A DNA stretch of 64,000 bases from Armatimonadota bacterium (GTDB lineage: Bacteria > Armatimonadota > SYMT01), in NCBI GenBank assembly GCA_046292385.1, contig JBKBRF010000012.1, positions 81,039-145,038 on the forward strand, read 5' to 3'. Position 1 is the first letter of the stretch. Every line of letters starts with the position of its first letter. The notes below the pieces were generated by a model. It did not search any database. It had not been told where the DNA came from and saw only the letters and a list, made by a program, of their open reading frames with translations. The position numbers and the translations under genes were made by a program. This document shows, one piece after another, positions 46,259 to 57,619 of this stretch.

Positions 46259-46384
46259 GGCGAAACCCTCCTCGACACTCCCCTACCAGAGATTTCACCG
46301 CGGGAGGCCGGGTCCCTCTGCCGACGCGCGGAGTGCACTCGAACTCGGCCGGAGCCCCGGACGTCTATTGTGCCGGAGGAGCCG

Positions 46385-46726
46385 ATGAAGCCCCCCTCGC
46401 TCGCCCGCCCCAGCACTCAGAGAGTGAGTCGAACTCGCCTGACCCGGATTGCGGCGGTCGCAGTCAGCCTCGCTCTCGGGGTACCAGTCGCACTCTTCGC
46501 AGTTTCGCTCTCGGCACCGCTTCACGTGGTCGTGGGCGGCCACGGGATCTTCGCGGGAGTCCGGGTAAATCCGTTCGTTCCGACGCATACTCCGCCGGGA
46601 GCTCCGAAGGTCTTCTCCGGACCGATCTCGTACTCGTCGAGCTCAACCCCTGGCGCTCGGGGCAATCGGATGCAGCAGTGGACCTGGACAAGAGGCGACT
46701 ACAGCTATACGATCGTCCTGTGGTGA
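46385..46726 (+). CDS. Hypothetical membrane protein
   Basis: RBS GGAGGAG; one TM. Confidence 0.45.
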   Translation: MKPPSLARPSTQRVSRTRLTRIAAVAVSLALGVPVALFAVSLSAPLHVVVGGHGIFAGVRVNPFVPTHTPPGAPKVFSGPISYSSSSTPGARGNRMQQWTWTRGDYSYTIVLW

Positions 46727-46872
46727 CGAGGAGCACCTGCGGAGAGCGCGGCGCTCGCGCTCGGCCTATTCGTAAGCGCAGCCGGCTTCAGCCGGCTTAC
46801 TAAGGAGACAGGGTGCTCCTTTAGGGGCACCCGTCCGAGCGCTGCCAAGCCTACCGATCGGGCCAGCCCGCC

Positions 46873-47184
46873 CTACTTATGCGGGCCGTGGGCTTTGCGG
46901 TAGAGGCGGTTGCTGAGCGGCTTGCCGGCGGTGAGGTGCTGATCGACCACCTGCTCCGCCTCTTCCGCGGGGAGCCCGGCGTACCAGACGGCGTCCGGGT
47001 AGACGATGGCAATCGGGCCGTGGCCGCACTGCTGGAGGCAGTCGACCTCCACCACGCGCGCTTCCCGCTTCATCTTCCGGTCCCCCAGCGCTTCCTTCAG
47101 CGCCTTGCAGAGCTTCTTGCCGCCCTGCTTCTTGCAATCGGAACCGGTGCAGACCAGGATGTGCCGCTCGGGGATGATCGCCAT
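46873..47184 (-). CDS. Thioredoxin-like [2Fe-2S] ferredoxin
   Basis: VCTGSDC, CLQQCGHGP, VYPDAVWY. Confidence 0.88.
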   Translation of the reverse strand: MAIIPERHILVCTGSDCKKQGGKKLCKALKEALGDRKMKREARVVEVDCLQQCGHGPIAIVYPDAVWYAGLPAEEAEQVVDQHLTAGKPLSNRLYRKAHGPHK

Positions 47185-47363
47185 ACTACGCTCCGGCCGG
47201 GCCGGCCCCGGGGAGAGGCTTCTCCCAGGAGCGCGGGTACTACTGCGGCACATGTATCACACGCTCCGGTTGGCAGCAACCCAGGCGAAAGAAATCTTTA
47301 GGGCCGGCTAAAATCATCCGGGAGAATGGGTGAGGAGGGAGCCAGAGGGGCCCAGTCTGGCCC

Positions 47364-47572
47364 GGGATTCACCGCAGAGGACGCCGAGGGCGCAGAGGGA
47401 ACCAGCCTTTACCGCCAAGAGCGCCAAGCTCGCCAAGAGGAATGGGCCTGCTGCGTGTCTCGAGTCCCGTACAGCGGCCCCGGAGTTTCTCCTTCTGGTT
47501 CCCCTCTCTGCGTCCTTTGCGCTCTCCGCGGTGAATCCCGTTCCGGTTCCTCTCTGTGCCCTCTGTGGTGGA
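47364..47572. repeat. Intergenic REP-like inverted repeat cluster
   Basis: GGGATTCACCGCAGAGG...CGCAGAGG-GAACCAG pairs imperfectly with CTGGTTC...CTCTGCG...CCGCGGTGAATCCC; extra partial units. Confidence 0.65.
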
Positions 47573-47584
47573 CCAGGTCCGGTG

Positions 47585-48445
47585 TTAGTGGACCACCAGC
47601 ACGGAGCAGGGGGCGTTCGCCAGGAGGCGGTCCGCCACGCTGCCGACCAGCAGCCGCTCGATCAGGGAGGCGCCCCGCGCGCCGGCGATGATCAGGTCGG
47701 CCTGCTTCTCCTCCACCAGGCTAAGGAGCTGCGCGGCGGGGCTGCCGGCGAGGACGAGCGCCTCCGCCTCGCGCCCGGCGTCGCGGAAGAGCGCGGCAGC
47801 CGCCTCGGCGTACTGCCGCGCTTCCGCCTCAGACTCTCGCCGGAGCTCCTCCAGCGTCTCCGCGAACATGTCGGCGGCCAGGGCGACCGCGGGCAGGACC
47901 GGCGGCTCGCTGCGCGCAACGCTGGCAGTCGTCACGCGGCTCCTTGCCGGCAGCGGGAAGCGCGCGGCGAGCCCGGCTGCCTTCTCGGCATTTTCCGACC
48001 CATCAGTGGCCATGACTACCTGCTGCAGCCCGTTCCGCAGCGGTCGCGCCACCAGCACCGCGCAGCGGGCGTGGGTGGCGACGTTGCGGGCGACGCTGCC
48101 GAGCAGGATCCCTTCCAGCCCCGTGTGGCCTTTGGAGCCGACCACGATGAGGTCCGCCTCGAAGTCCGCCGCCGCTTCCAGGATGCCGCCCGCGGCGTCG
48201 CCGGGGCGGATCTCGGTCGAAATCTCCACATCCGGACGCTGCTGCTCCTGCGCCGCGCGCTGGACCACCACCTGCGACCAGGCCGCTTCCCCCGGCCGCA
48301 CCTTCTCCAGCAGGCCCTCGATGAATGGATCGGCTACACACAGTACGCGAATCGAGGACCCGGGCGGCAAAGGGAGTGCCTGGAGGATCGCCCCCGCGGC
48401 CGCCGCATTCTCCGATCCATCCGTAGCCAGCACCACGCGCCACAT
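47585..48445 (-). CDS. Universal stress protein (tandem USP domains)
   Basis: Two ATDGSENA and DLI..G..G...LLGSVA motifs. Confidence 0.92.
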   Translation of the reverse strand: MWRVVLATDGSENAAAAGAILQALPLPPGSSIRVLCVADPFIEGLLEKVRPGEAAWSQVVVQRAAQEQQRPDVEISTEIRPGDAAGGILEAAADFEADLIVVGSKGHTGLEGILLGSVARNVATHARCAVLVARPLRNGLQQVVMATDGSENAEKAAGLAARFPLPARSRVTTASVARSEPPVLPAVALAADMFAETLEELRRESEAEARQYAEAAAALFRDAGREAEALVLAGSPAAQLLSLVEEKQADLIIAGARGASLIERLLVGSVADRLLANAPCSVLVVH

Positions 48446-48500
48446 GTCCCCGCCTCTCTCCCGCTTCGCCTGGTCCCGGCCGTCCGCCGGAGCCACGTCA

Positions 48501-49259
48501 TTAGTTTACGGCAAACTCGCTGCGAAGCTGCTCCAGAGCGCGGTGCTCCATCCGGCTGACCTGCATCTGCGAGAGACCGAGCTGGCGAGCGGTCTCCCGC
48601 TGGCTCATCGCGCGGAGGTAGCGGAGGTCGATCACGTTGCGCAGCGGCTCGCTCAGGTGGCGCACGGCCTGCTGCACTCCGAGCCGGTCTTCCGCATGGC
48701 TCAGGCCGGCGTCCTCTGCGCCCAGGCACTGTTCCAGCACGCGGGAACGGTCGTCGTCGCCGGATTCGAACTCGCCGTCCAGGGAGAGCGGCCGGGTCAC
48801 CTCTTCTAGCGCCAGCGCCTGCTCCACCCGCTCCTCCGGCAGCTCCAGCCGGGCGGCGATCTCCGCCGCCGTCGGCGCGCGGCCCAGGCGCTCCGTCATC
48901 TCACCGGCGGCGCGGGTCACCTGCTGCGCCAGCTCCTGCATCCCGCGGGGCACGTGGACGCTCCAGCCGTGGTCGCGGAAGTAGCGCCGCAGCTCGCCCA
49001 GGATGGTGGGAGTCGCGAAGGTGCTGAACCGGTTGCGGGTGGTCGGGTCGAAGCGGTCCACCGCCTTCACCAGGCCCATCATCGCGACCTGGAACAGGTC
49101 CTCGTTCTCCGTGCCGCGGCGGGCGAAGCGATTGGCGATCGAATAGGCGAGGCGCTCGAACTGGTGCACGATGGCGTCCCGGGTGCGCGGGTCGCGGGTC
49201 CGGGCATACTCTTCCCACAGGCGGTTGGCAGTCAGGGTATCGAGCTCGCGGACGGTCAT
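48501..49259 (-). CDS. SigB/SigF/SigG-family sigma factor
   Basis: DLFQVAMMGLVKAVDRFDP, TILGELRRYFRD, SQMQVSR. Confidence 0.92.
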   Translation of the reverse strand: MTVRELDTLTANRLWEEYARTRDPRTRDAIVHQFERLAYSIANRFARRGTENEDLFQVAMMGLVKAVDRFDPTTRNRFSTFATPTILGELRRYFRDHGWSVHVPRGMQELAQQVTRAAGEMTERLGRAPTAAEIAARLELPEERVEQALALEEVTRPLSLDGEFESGDDDRSRVLEQCLGAEDAGLSHAEDRLGVQQAVRHLSEPLRNVIDLRYLRAMSQRETARQLGLSQMQVSRMEHRALEQLRSEFAVN

Positions 49260-49294
49260 CGTAGGCTCCTTCGTTCGTTGGTGACGGTGGGTTC

Positions 49295-49387
49295 AAAAAG
49301 ACAAAAGCCCCCGCTCCTCTCGCTTGGAGAGGAACGAGGGCTAAACTGGGCCCTGGCCCCACACGACGGCGCACGGGGCCGTCGGGG
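49295..49387 (-). promoter_or_regulatory. Leader paired hairpins plus terminator upstream of the SigB-like gene
   Basis: Minus strand: GACGGC[CCCGTGC]GCCGTC, then GGGC[CCAGTTTA]GCCC overlapping terminator AGCCCTCGTTCCTCTC...GAGAGGAGCGGGGGCT-TTTG. Confidence 0.6.
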
Positions 49388-49589
49388 CTCGTTCTGGCGT
49401 TCTCATATCCAGGGACGCAGCCGGCACCCGGAAATGTCGCACCCGATCTGAAACTTTTTTTCTCGAGCGCGGGTCTCTTTCCAAAGGTCAAGCGTCGCGG
49501 CACCGCTCCCCCACCGTCCTCTTCTTAGATCGCGGTCCCTTGCTTGGCCGCTTTCCGGCCTCCCCCGGCCAGGTTACCCGGACTTCCCG

Positions 49590-52100
49590 ATGCCTCCAGA
49601 GATTGAGTCTCGTCCCACCCTGTACGGCTCGCGTGCTGTTGAAGCGCTCTACCGGCTCACCACCCTGATCGGCGAGGCGCGGGAGCTAGACCAGATCCTG
49701 CGTCCCGGTTTGGAAGAGGTGGTGCGGCTCTTCGGGGCGGAGGCGGGAGTGGTGCGGTTGCTGGAGCCGGAGAGCGGGTTACTCCGCCTTCACGCCGGCG
49801 TGGGCCTGACCCCCACGCTGCAGGCCGCGCTGGCACCGGCGGTGCGTCCCGGCGAGACCCCCAGCGGCGTGGCCGGCCGGCGGCGTTCCGTAGTGGTGCT
49901 CGACGAGAAGGAGCCGGAGGCGACCGGCTCTCCCTGGATCGCAGAGGGCTACCGCAGCTTCATCACGGCGCCGATGCAGCATCGGAAGATGCTGTTGGGA
50001 ACCCTGACGCTGGCGAGCCGAGATCCGGGACAGTATGAGGACGCCGATCGGGAGCTCTTCACGGTGCTGGCCCAGCAGTTGGCGATGGCGGTGGCGAACG
50101 CGGAGCTGCATACGGCGGCGCAGCGCAAGATCGCCGATCTCTCCGCGCTGCACCAGTGCGGGCGCGACCTCGGGCCTGCGCCGGACCTGCCCGCTACGTT
50201 CACCCTCGTCGCGGAGCGGACGGCGCTCCTGCTCGGGCTTCGCCGGAGCGCGGTTTTCAGCATGGACGCAGCTGCCGGGGAGCTGCATCTGGAAGCGGTG
50301 CACGGTGATTCGGGCGCGCACTCGTGGCCGCTTCGCTTCTCGCCTTCGGAGGCGCTCACGGGAGCCCTGCGGGAGCCGCATCCGATCCTTACGGACGATC
50401 CGGTGCGGGATCAGCTCCTGCCGCCGGCGCCGGCAGCTCGCCCGGGCGCGTCCCTGTTCATTCCGTTAAGGCTGCGGTCGGAGTGGGTCGGGCTGCTAAT
50501 GGGCGACTGCGCCGGAGAGCCGTTTCACCTGACCGCCGACCAGATGGAGCTCGCTACGATCTTCGCCAACCAGGCGTCGGTGTGGATTGCGAACGCGCGC
50601 CTCTTCACCGCGGCCGAGGAAGCACGGAAAGCGGCGCAGCGCGCGCGGCGCGACTTCGAACGGCTGCTCGAGTCGGCGGGCGACGGGATCCTGGTCGTCG
50701 ACGGCGACGGGCGCATTACCCTGGCGAACCGCGAGGCGCAGCGGCTCTTCGGATATGCCGCGGACGAGCTGCTGGGGCGGCCGGTGGAGATGCTGCTGCC
50801 GCCGCGGCTGCGCGGCGGGCACGAAGTCGACCGGGGGCGTTATCTCGAAGCGCCCCAGCTGCGGCCGATGGGGACCGGGCGGGAGCTGCTGGCGGCGCGG
50901 CGAGACGGGACGGAGTTTCCGGTCGAGATCAGTCTCAGCCCGATTCCGACCGAAGAAGGGACCCGGGTGATCAGCATCGTCCGCGACATCACGGAGCACC
51001 GGAAGGCGGAGGAGCGCTTCCGCGCGCTGCTGGAGGCGGCTCCGGACGCGATGATCGTGGTGGACCGCTCCGGCCGCATCTCGCTGGTCAACTCCCAGGT
51101 AGAGCAGCTCTTCGGGTACACCCGGGAGGAGCTGCTGGGAGAAGCGATCGAGATCCTGATTCCGGAGCGGTACCGCGCCGCGCATCCTTCCCGGCGGGAA
51201 GAGTACCACCGGGAGCCGCGCCTCCGCCCGATGGGCAGCGGCCTGGAGCTCTTCGCCCGGCGCAAAGACGGGACCGAGTTTCCGGTGGAGATCAGCCTGA
51301 GCCCGATCCAGTCGGAGGAGGGCACCTCCGTGATCAGCACCATCCGCGACGTGACCGCACAGAAGGAGGCGCAGCGCGCTCTCGCCCGGCAGGCCTCCGA
51401 CCTCCGACGGTCCAACGCGGAGCTGGAGCAGTTCGCCTACGTCGCCTCGCACGATCTTCAGGAGCCGCTGCGGATGGTCGCCAGCTATACGCAGCTCCTG
51501 GCTCGCCGGTACCGGGGCAAGCTGGACCAGGACGCGGACGAGTTCATCGAGTTCACGGTCGACGGCGTCAAGCGGATGCAGGAGCTGATCAACGACCTGC
51601 TCGCCTACTCCCGGGTCGGCACGCACGGCCGGGAGTTCGCGCCGGTCGACTGCAACCGGATCCTGGAGCGGGTGCTCGACAACCTGCAGGTGGCGATCGA
51701 GGAGCGAGAGGCGGAGATCTCCGTCCAGCCGCTGCCGGAAGTCCGCGGAGACGCCTCCCAGCTCCTCCAGCTCTTCCAGAACCTGGTCGGGAACGCGATC
51801 AAGTTCCAGAAGCCGGGAGAGCGGCCGCGGGTGGAGGTCGCCGCGGCTAGCGAGGAGGAGGGCTGGCACTTCACCGTGCGCGACAACGGCATCGGCATCG
51901 AGCCGGAGTACGCGGAGCGCATCTTCCTGATCTTCCAGCGCCTGCACAGCCGGAGCGACTTCCCCGGCACTGGCATCGGGCTCGCCATCTGTAAGAAGAT
52001 TGTAGAGCGGCATGGTGGGGGCATCTGGGTGGAGAGCTCCGGAAGCGGCTCCGCCTTCCACTTCACCATCCCTGCGCACCCCGAGGCGGAAGCAACATGA
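49590..52100 (+). CDS. GAF-GAF-PAS-PAS sensor histidine kinase
   Basis: [29 protein letters not shown]; two [15 protein letters not shown] motifs. Confidence 0.93.
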   Translation: MPPEIESRPTLYGSRAVEALYRLTTLIGEARELDQILRPGLEEVVRLFGAEAGVVRLLEPESGLLRLHAGVGLTPTLQAALAPAVRPGETPSGVAGRRRSVVVLDEKEPEATGSPWIAEGYRSFITAPMQHRKMLLGTLTLASRDPGQYEDADRELFTVLAQQLAMAVANAELHTAAQRKIADLSALHQCGRDLGPAPDLPATFTLVAERTALLLGLRRSAVFSMDAAAGELHLEAVHGDSGAHSWPLRFSPSEALTGALREPHPILTDDPVRDQLLPPAPAARPGASLFIPLRLRSEWVGLLMGDCAGEPFHLTADQMELATIFANQASVWIANARLFTAAEEARKAAQRARRDFERLLESAGDGILVVDGDGRITLANREAQRLFGYAADELLGRPVEMLLPPRLRGGHEVDRGRYLEAPQLRPMGTGRELLAARRDGTEFPVEISLSPIPTEEGTRVISIVRDITEHRKAEERFRALLEAAPDAMIVVDRSGRISLVNSQVEQLFGYTREELLGEAIEILIPERYRAAHPSRREEYHREPRLRPMGSGLELFARRKDGTEFPVEISLSPIQSEEGTSVISTIRDVTAQKEAQRALARQASDLRRSNAELEQFAYVASHDLQEPLRMVASYTQLLARRYRGKLDQDADEFIEFTVDGVKRMQELINDLLAYSRVGTHGREFAPVDCNRILERVLDNLQVAIEEREAEISVQPLPEVRGDASQLLQLFQNLVGNAIKFQKPGERPRVEVAAASEEEGWHFTVRDNGIGIEPEYAERIFLIFQRLHSRSDFPGTGIGLAICKKIVERHGGGIWVESSGSGSAFHFTIPAHPEAEAT

Positions 52101-52543
52101 GCCCGATAGGCGACCCGATCGAGATCTTGCTGGTGGAAGACAACCCGGGCGACGTGCGCCTCACCCGAGAGGCGCTGCGGGACGCGAAGGTGCGCAACGC
52201 GCTGCACGTAGCGCAGGACGGCGTGGAGGCGCTGCGCTTCCTGCGGCGAGAGGGGGAGCACGCCACCGCGCCGCGGCCGGACGTGATCCTGCTCGACCTC
52301 AACCTCCCGAAGAAGAACGGGCGCGAAGTCCTCCAGGAGATCAAGGCGGACCCTTCCCTGAAGACGATTCCGGTGGTGGTGCTCACCACCTCCAGCGCGG
52401 AGCAGGATATCGCGCGCACCTACGAGCTTCACGCCAACTGCTACATCACCAAGCCGGTCGACCTGGACCAATTCATCGAGGTGATCCGCTCGATCCAGGA
52501 TTTCTGGCTCACCGTTGTCAAGCTTCCTCCCCACGGGACCTGA
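52097..52543 (+). CDS. Single-domain response regulator (Rcp1-like)
   Basis: [25 protein letters not shown]. Confidence 0.93.
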   Translation: MSPIGDPIEILLVEDNPGDVRLTREALRDAKVRNALHVAQDGVEALRFLRREGEHATAPRPDVILLDLNLPKKNGREVLQEIKADPSLKTIPVVVLTTSSAEQDIARTYELHANCYITKPVDLDQFIEVIRSIQDFWLTVVKLPPHGT

Positions 52544-54840
52544 TGAGCACGAAGCCCACGAAGATCCTGCTGGTGGAGGACAATCCCGGCGATGCCCGGC
52601 TGCTGCGGGAGGAGCTTCGGGACGGGTTCTTCACCCCCTACGCGCTCTGCCACGTGGAACGGCTTGGGGACGCGCGCCGTACGCTGACGGACGAGGCGTA
52701 CGACGTGGTGCTGCTGGATCTCTCTCTGCCCGACAGCCACGGGATCGAGACCTTCTCGCAGCTCTTCCGGGAGCATCCGGAGGTGCCGGTGGTGGTGCTC
52801 ACCGGGCTGGCCGACCAGGAGATGGCGGCGCGGACGGTACACGCTGGCGCGCAGGACTACCTGGTTAAGGGCGAGCTGGACGGGAGGATCCTGGCCCGCG
52901 CGATTCGCTACGCGATCGAGCGCCACTCCGCGGAAAAGGCACTGCTCTCCAGCGAGCGACAGCTCCGCGCGATGTTCGAGGGCTCGCTCGACGCGATCGT
53001 GATCGCGGATGACGACGCGCGCTTGCTGGAGGCGAACCCGGCCGCCTGTGAGCTGTTCGGCATGCCAAAGGAAGAGCTGCTCGGCTGCCGGGTCTCCGAC
53101 TTCGCCGAGCAGGGGTTCGACTTCCAGAGCGCCTGGAGCGCGTTCCTGGCACGGGGTGCCGAGCGGGGAGTATTCGCCCTGCGGCGTCCGGACGGCACGG
53201 TCCGGTACGCGGAGTACTCCGCCTCGGCCTCGATTCAGCCGGGACGGCATCTCTCCGAGCTCCACGACATCACCGAGCGGCTGCGCGCCGAGGAGGCGCT
53301 GCGCCAGCGGGAGCAGCAGCTCCGCACGGTGCTGGAGGCGCTGCCGGTCGGCGTCTGGCTCACCGACGCCCGGGGGAAGGTGCTGCTGGAGAACCCGGCC
53401 GGACAGCGCATCTGGGGCGGCCAGCCGTTCCCAACCCTGGACGGCTCCTCGGAGCGACGCGCCTGGTGGCCCGACTCCAACGAGCCCCTCACCCCCGAGG
53501 ACTGGGGTATCGCCCGCGCGCTCTCCGGGGGCGGCACCACCCTGAACGAGATGGTGGAGATCGAGACGCCGGACGGAGAACGGAAGACGATCTTCCACTC
53601 CGCGGTGCCGATTCGGGACGAGGACGGCAGGATCAGCGGTGCCGTCGCCGTAGACGAAGACGTGACGGAGCGGCGGCGTGCCGAGGAGCAACTGCGCGCC
53701 CGGGCGCGCCAGCAGGCCGAGGTGGCGGCGTTCGGACAGCGGGCGCTGGAAGGCGGGGAGCTCGGCGCGCTGCTCGCCGACGCGACCGACCTGGTAGCGC
53801 GAGTGCTGGATACTCCGCGGTCGAGCGTGCTGGAGCTTCAGGCCGGCGGCACCGAGCTCTGCCTGCGTGCGGGCCGCGGCTGGCCTCCGAAGAGTATCGG
53901 AGCGGAGCAGGTCTCCGCGGTGCCGGACTACGAACCGGGTCACGTGCTGCAGTCGTCTGAACCGGTGGTGGTAGAGAATGCCGCCGGCGAGCAGCGCTTC
54001 CGCCAGCCGGAGCTCTATCGGGCGCACGGGCTGGTCAGCGGCATCTCGGCCGTGATCTCCGCGCGCGGGCGGGCGTTCGGAATCCTCTGCGTGCACGACA
54101 CGCGCCCGCGGAGGTTTACCTCGGACGACGTGTACTTTGTTCAGTCGATCGCCAACGTGCTGGCTGCTTCGATCCAGCGGCGTCTGGCGGACGAGGAACG
54201 GGCGCGCCTCCTGGCGAGCGAGCGGGCGAAAGCGGAGCAGCTCAAGCTGGCGGTTCGGGAGGCACATCACCGGATCAAGAATAACCTTCAAGCAATCTCG
54301 GACCTTCTCTACCTGGAGCTCGCCTCTCGGCAGGCGGAGCCGGAGCAGGAGGTGCTGCGAGAGAGCATGGACCGGGTGCAGGCGATCGCGCTCGTACACG
54401 ATCTCCTGTCCCAGGATGAGGACGTCCGTACCGTCAACACGCAGGCGGTGCTGGAGCGACTGGTTCCGATGGTGCTCCGGTCCGCGGGCCTGAACGAGGA
54501 GTCGATCCGGCTCACTCTCGACGTCCCGCCGCTGCGGTTGTCGTCCAAGCGGGTCACGTCCCTGGCGCTGATCGTGAACGAGCTGGTGACCAACTCCGCC
54601 AAGCACGCGCTCCGCGGCAAGCCGGGCGGGTCGCTCACCATCTCGCTGGTTGAAGACTGTGAAGACCTGGTGCTGCGGGTGAAGGATGACGGGCCGGGCT
54701 TACCGGCCGGGTTCAACCTGGAGCGCAACTCATCCGTAGGGCTGGACGTGGTGCGGATCCTCGCCCAGCGCGACCTGGGAGGTCGGTTCTCGCTTACCGG
54801 CGATGGCGGAGTCTGCGCCGAGGTCCGGTTTCCCTGGTAA
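52543..54840 (+). CDS. REC-PAS-PAS-GAF histidine kinase (HisKA_2/HWE type)
   Basis: N-terminal receiver; EAHHRIKNNLQ, NELVTNSAKHA, DDGPG. Confidence 0.9.
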   Translation: MSTKPTKILLVEDNPGDARLLREELRDGFFTPYALCHVERLGDARRTLTDEAYDVVLLDLSLPDSHGIETFSQLFREHPEVPVVVLTGLADQEMAARTVHAGAQDYLVKGELDGRILARAIRYAIERHSAEKALLSSERQLRAMFEGSLDAIVIADDDARLLEANPAACELFGMPKEELLGCRVSDFAEQGFDFQSAWSAFLARGAERGVFALRRPDGTVRYAEYSASASIQPGRHLSELHDITERLRAEEALRQREQQLRTVLEALPVGVWLTDARGKVLLENPAGQRIWGGQPFPTLDGSSERRAWWPDSNEPLTPEDWGIARALSGGGTTLNEMVEIETPDGERKTIFHSAVPIRDEDGRISGAVAVDEDVTERRRAEEQLRARARQQAEVAAFGQRALEGGELGALLADATDLVARVLDTPRSSVLELQAGGTELCLRAGRGWPPKSIGAEQVSAVPDYEPGHVLQSSEPVVVENAAGEQRFRQPELYRAHGLVSGISAVISARGRAFGILCVHDTRPRRFTSDDVYFVQSIANVLAASIQRRLADEERARLLASERAKAEQLKLAVREAHHRIKNNLQAISDLLYLELASRQAEPEQEVLRESMDRVQAIALVHDLLSQDEDVRTVNTQAVLERLVPMVLRSAGLNEESIRLTLDVPPLRLSSKRVTSLALIVNELVTNSAKHALRGKPGGSLTISLVEDCEDLVLRVKDDGPGLPAGFNLERNSSVGLDVVRILAQRDLGGRFSLTGDGGVCAEVRFPW

Positions 54841-54889
54841 CCGGAGCCGCCGGCGCACGAGGAGTGGGAGCAGGGAGGCTCTCACGCGC

Positions 54890-56200
54890 ATGCGACCACC
54901 GTCTGAAGACTATTGGGCCGTCTACCATCCCGAGGCCACGGCGCTGATGGGCGCCGACCCGGCGCCGCGGGTATTGATCTGCGAGGACGAGGGTCTCACC
55001 GCCCTCCGGCTTCGCCGCGCCCTGACCGCCCTCGGCTACCACGTAGTCGGAGAGGCGAACAACGGCGTGGATGCGGTGGAGGCGACCGAGCGGCTGAAGC
55101 CCGACCTGGTGATGATGGACGTGCAAATGCCCCGGATGAGCGGCATCGAGGCGACGGCCCGGATCATGCAGAGCACGCCGGTGGCGGTCCTGATGCTCAC
55201 CGCTTACAGTCAACAGGAACTGGTGGCCCGGGCGCTGCAGTCCGGCGCGTCCGGCTACCTGGTGAAGCCGATCGACGAGGTCCAACTCGTCCCCGCGATC
55301 TCGCTCGCGCTGAGCCGGTTCCGGGAGAAACAGCACCACCAGCGGGCCACGACCGACCTCGTTACCCAGCAGCAGCGCCTCAGCCAGGCCGACGAGCGGA
55401 TCCGGGTGCTGCATCAGGAGCTGGAGGGGCACCGGGAAGTCGCGCGCGTCCTGACGCAGAACTTGCTCGGCGAGCCGCAGGCGATTCCCGGCTTCCAGGT
55501 AGCCGCGCGCTACGAAGCGGCCTCGGACATGGCGGGAATCGGCGGTGACTTCTACGATTTCTTCCCGCTGGACGCTCATCGTACGGTGATCGTCCTCGGC
55601 GACGTGTGCGGACACGGCCTGGAAGCGGCCTCCTACCTCGCTCGCGCCAAGTATATGCTGCGCGCCTACGCCGTAGAAGATCCCTCCCCTTCCTCGGTCC
55701 TTGCCCGGCTCAACCAGGGCCTGCTGAGCAGCCCGGTAGAAGACCATCGCTTCCTGACGCTGATCTACGGCGTGCTCGACCGGCGCCGCGGCACCTTCCT
55801 CTTCGGAAACGGCGGGCATCCCCCCGCCTATCTCTGCCACACCGGCACCCTCAAGTGCGAGGAGCTCGCGAACACCGGCGGGCTGATTGGCGGCGTCGCC
55901 GATTTGAAGTACGGTGAGCAGGAAGTGACGCTGCGCCCGGGCTCGCTCCTCGTGGCGGTGACCGACGGCGTCACCGAGGCGCGGACTCACAGCGACATGT
56001 TCGGCTTCGACCGCTTGAGGGCGCTGGTACGCAGCGAGATGGGGCGAACGGCAGATGAAGTGGCGGACGCGGTGCTCCGCGCCGCCCGCGCGCACGGGGG
56101 AGGTGAGCTCCGGGACGACGCCGCGGTCGTCGTGCTTCGCTATCCCGAGCCCGACCGAGAGACCACCGCGGCGAGCGCCGCGGGCAGTATGCCATCATGA
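54890..56200 (+). CDS. REC plus PP2C/SpoIIE (RsbU-like) phosphatase (start uncertain)
   Basis: Receiver then GGDFYD, GDVCGHG, TDGVTEA, DDAAVV. Confidence 0.9.
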   Translation: MRPPSEDYWAVYHPEATALMGADPAPRVLICEDEGLTALRLRRALTALGYHVVGEANNGVDAVEATERLKPDLVMMDVQMPRMSGIEATARIMQSTPVAVLMLTAYSQQELVARALQSGASGYLVKPIDEVQLVPAISLALSRFREKQHHQRATTDLVTQQQRLSQADERIRVLHQELEGHREVARVLTQNLLGEPQAIPGFQVAARYEAASDMAGIGGDFYDFFPLDAHRTVIVLGDVCGHGLEAASYLARAKYMLRAYAVEDPSPSSVLARLNQGLLSSPVEDHRFLTLIYGVLDRRRGTFLFGNGGHPPAYLCHTGTLKCEELANTGGLIGGVADLKYGEQEVTLRPGSLLVAVTDGVTEARTHSDMFGFDRLRALVRSEMGRTADEVADAVLRAARAHGGGELRDDAAVVVLRYPEPDRETTAASAAGSMPS

Positions 56201-56814
56201 GTAAGGTGAGCCAAGAGTGCAGCCCCGGCGGGGGAAAGCGCGCGCGCGTGCTGGTCTGCGAGGACGAGGGCCTGACGGCGCTGCGTCTCCAGACCAGCCT
56301 GAAGAAGCTGGGGTACGAGGTGGTGGGAGAGGCACGGGACGGCGAAGAGGCGGTCGCCGCCGCGGCGCGGCTGCAGCCGGACGCGATCCTGATGGACATC
56401 CGCATGCCGAAGCTGGACGGCGTCGGCGCCACCGAGCAGATCATGGCGAGCCGCCCCACGGCGATCGTGATGATCACCGCGTACAGCGAGCGGGAGCTCG
56501 TGGAGTCGGCGCTCCGGGCCGGCGCCTCCGGCTACCTGGTCAAACCGGTGAGCGACGAGCAGATCGAGCCGGCGCTGCGCGTGGCGCTGAGCCGCTTCTC
56601 CGAGCTCAACGACCTCCGCGAGGAAGTCTCCGACCTGAAGGGCGCGCTGGAAGCTCGCAAGCAGATGGAGCGGGCCAAGGGAATTCTGATGCGCCGCTAC
56701 CAGATTACCGAGGAGGAAGCGTACAAGCGCCTGCAGAAGGTGAGTAGAGACCGTCGGCAGTCACTCAAGGAGACTGCCGAGAAAGTGATCGCCGCCGCGG
56801 AGTTGCTCGGTTGA
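56197..56814 (+). CDS. REC plus ANTAR RNA-binding response regulator
   Basis: Receiver; ERAKGILM...EEEAYKRLQK.S ANTAR motif. Confidence 0.93.
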   Translation: MSKVSQECSPGGGKRARVLVCEDEGLTALRLQTSLKKLGYEVVGEARDGEEAVAAAARLQPDAILMDIRMPKLDGVGATEQIMASRPTAIVMITAYSERELVESALRAGASGYLVKPVSDEQIEPALRVALSRFSELNDLREEVSDLKGALEARKQMERAKGILMRRYQITEEEAYKRLQKVSRDRRQSLKETAEKVIAAAELLG

Positions 56815-56871
56815 TTCCGGCATGATATAGTCTTCGCGAGGCATCGCCTCCCAGAATTGCATATCCGCCCA

Positions 56872-56959
56872 GGAGCGCCCCTGTTTGCCGCTCTCGGGTT
56901 TGGGCCCTGTTTGCCCGGGGACCGTTCTGACACACTGTCGGAGCGGGCCCCGGGCTTTT
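56872..56959 (+). promoter_or_regulatory. Leader paired hairpins plus terminator upstream of the ECF sigma
   Basis: Two CCCTGTTTGCC copies; second overlaps terminator GCCCGGGG...CCCCGGGC-TTTT. Confidence 0.6.
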
Positions 56960-56982
56960 CGTCTTAGCGGGACACTGGTACG

Positions 56983-57576
56983 ATGCGCACTCTCACATCG
57001 CGATTGGGCTGCGAGCACGGCCACGAGGTAGAACGGCTTCTCCGGCGCTGCGGAGCCGGGGACCGGCGAGCCTGGGACCTGCTGCTTCGCGAGGTTCGAC
57101 GCCTGGCACTGGAGCTCGGCCGCTGGCGCTACCGCCTGGGCCAGGACGAAGCGGAAGACATGGCGCAGGTGGTGCAGCTCCGGGTAACGCAGCGGCTGGG
57201 CCAGCTCCGAGAGCCGGAGGCGTTCCCGCTCTGGGTCCGCCGGCTGGTGCATCACGCGGCGGTCGACATGATGCGCGGTCGCAAGCAGGGAGAAGTCTCG
57301 CTGGATGATCCGCAGGCCCCGGCGCTGGAGGCGCAGGTGGAGAACCGCACCGCGGAAGACTACGACCGGGTGCTGCTGCGCGCCGACCTGGACCGCGCGC
57401 TCCATCGCCTGCCCGATCTCTACCGGGAGCCGATCTGCCTGCATCTCTTCGACGGGCTGCAGCAGGACGAGATCGGCCGGCTGCTCGGCCGGCCGCGGAG
57501 CACCGTAGCCAGCCAGATCGAGCGGGGACTCAAGCGACTGGAGCGCTCCCTTTCCGGATTCGCCGGCACAAATTGA
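56983..57576 (+). CDS. ECF sigma-70 factor
   Basis: GDRRAW, EAEDMAQ, LREPEAF, LPDLYRE, STVASQIERG. Confidence 0.88.
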   Translation: MRTLTSRLGCEHGHEVERLLRRCGAGDRRAWDLLLREVRRLALELGRWRYRLGQDEAEDMAQVVQLRVTQRLGQLREPEAFPLWVRRLVHHAAVDMMRGRKQGEVSLDDPQAPALEAQVENRTAEDYDRVLLRADLDRALHRLPDLYREPICLHLFDGLQQDEIGRLLGRPRSTVASQIERGLKRLERSLSGFAGTN

Positions 57577-57619
57577 TGCGACAGACGGGGGCGGTGCCTC
57601 CGTCTCTGTAGATGACTGG

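Noticed and set aside
52648..52657. Partial motif TGCCACGTGG in host DNA
   Set aside because: Inside a coding region and lacks the TTA/CATAA arms; likely chance.
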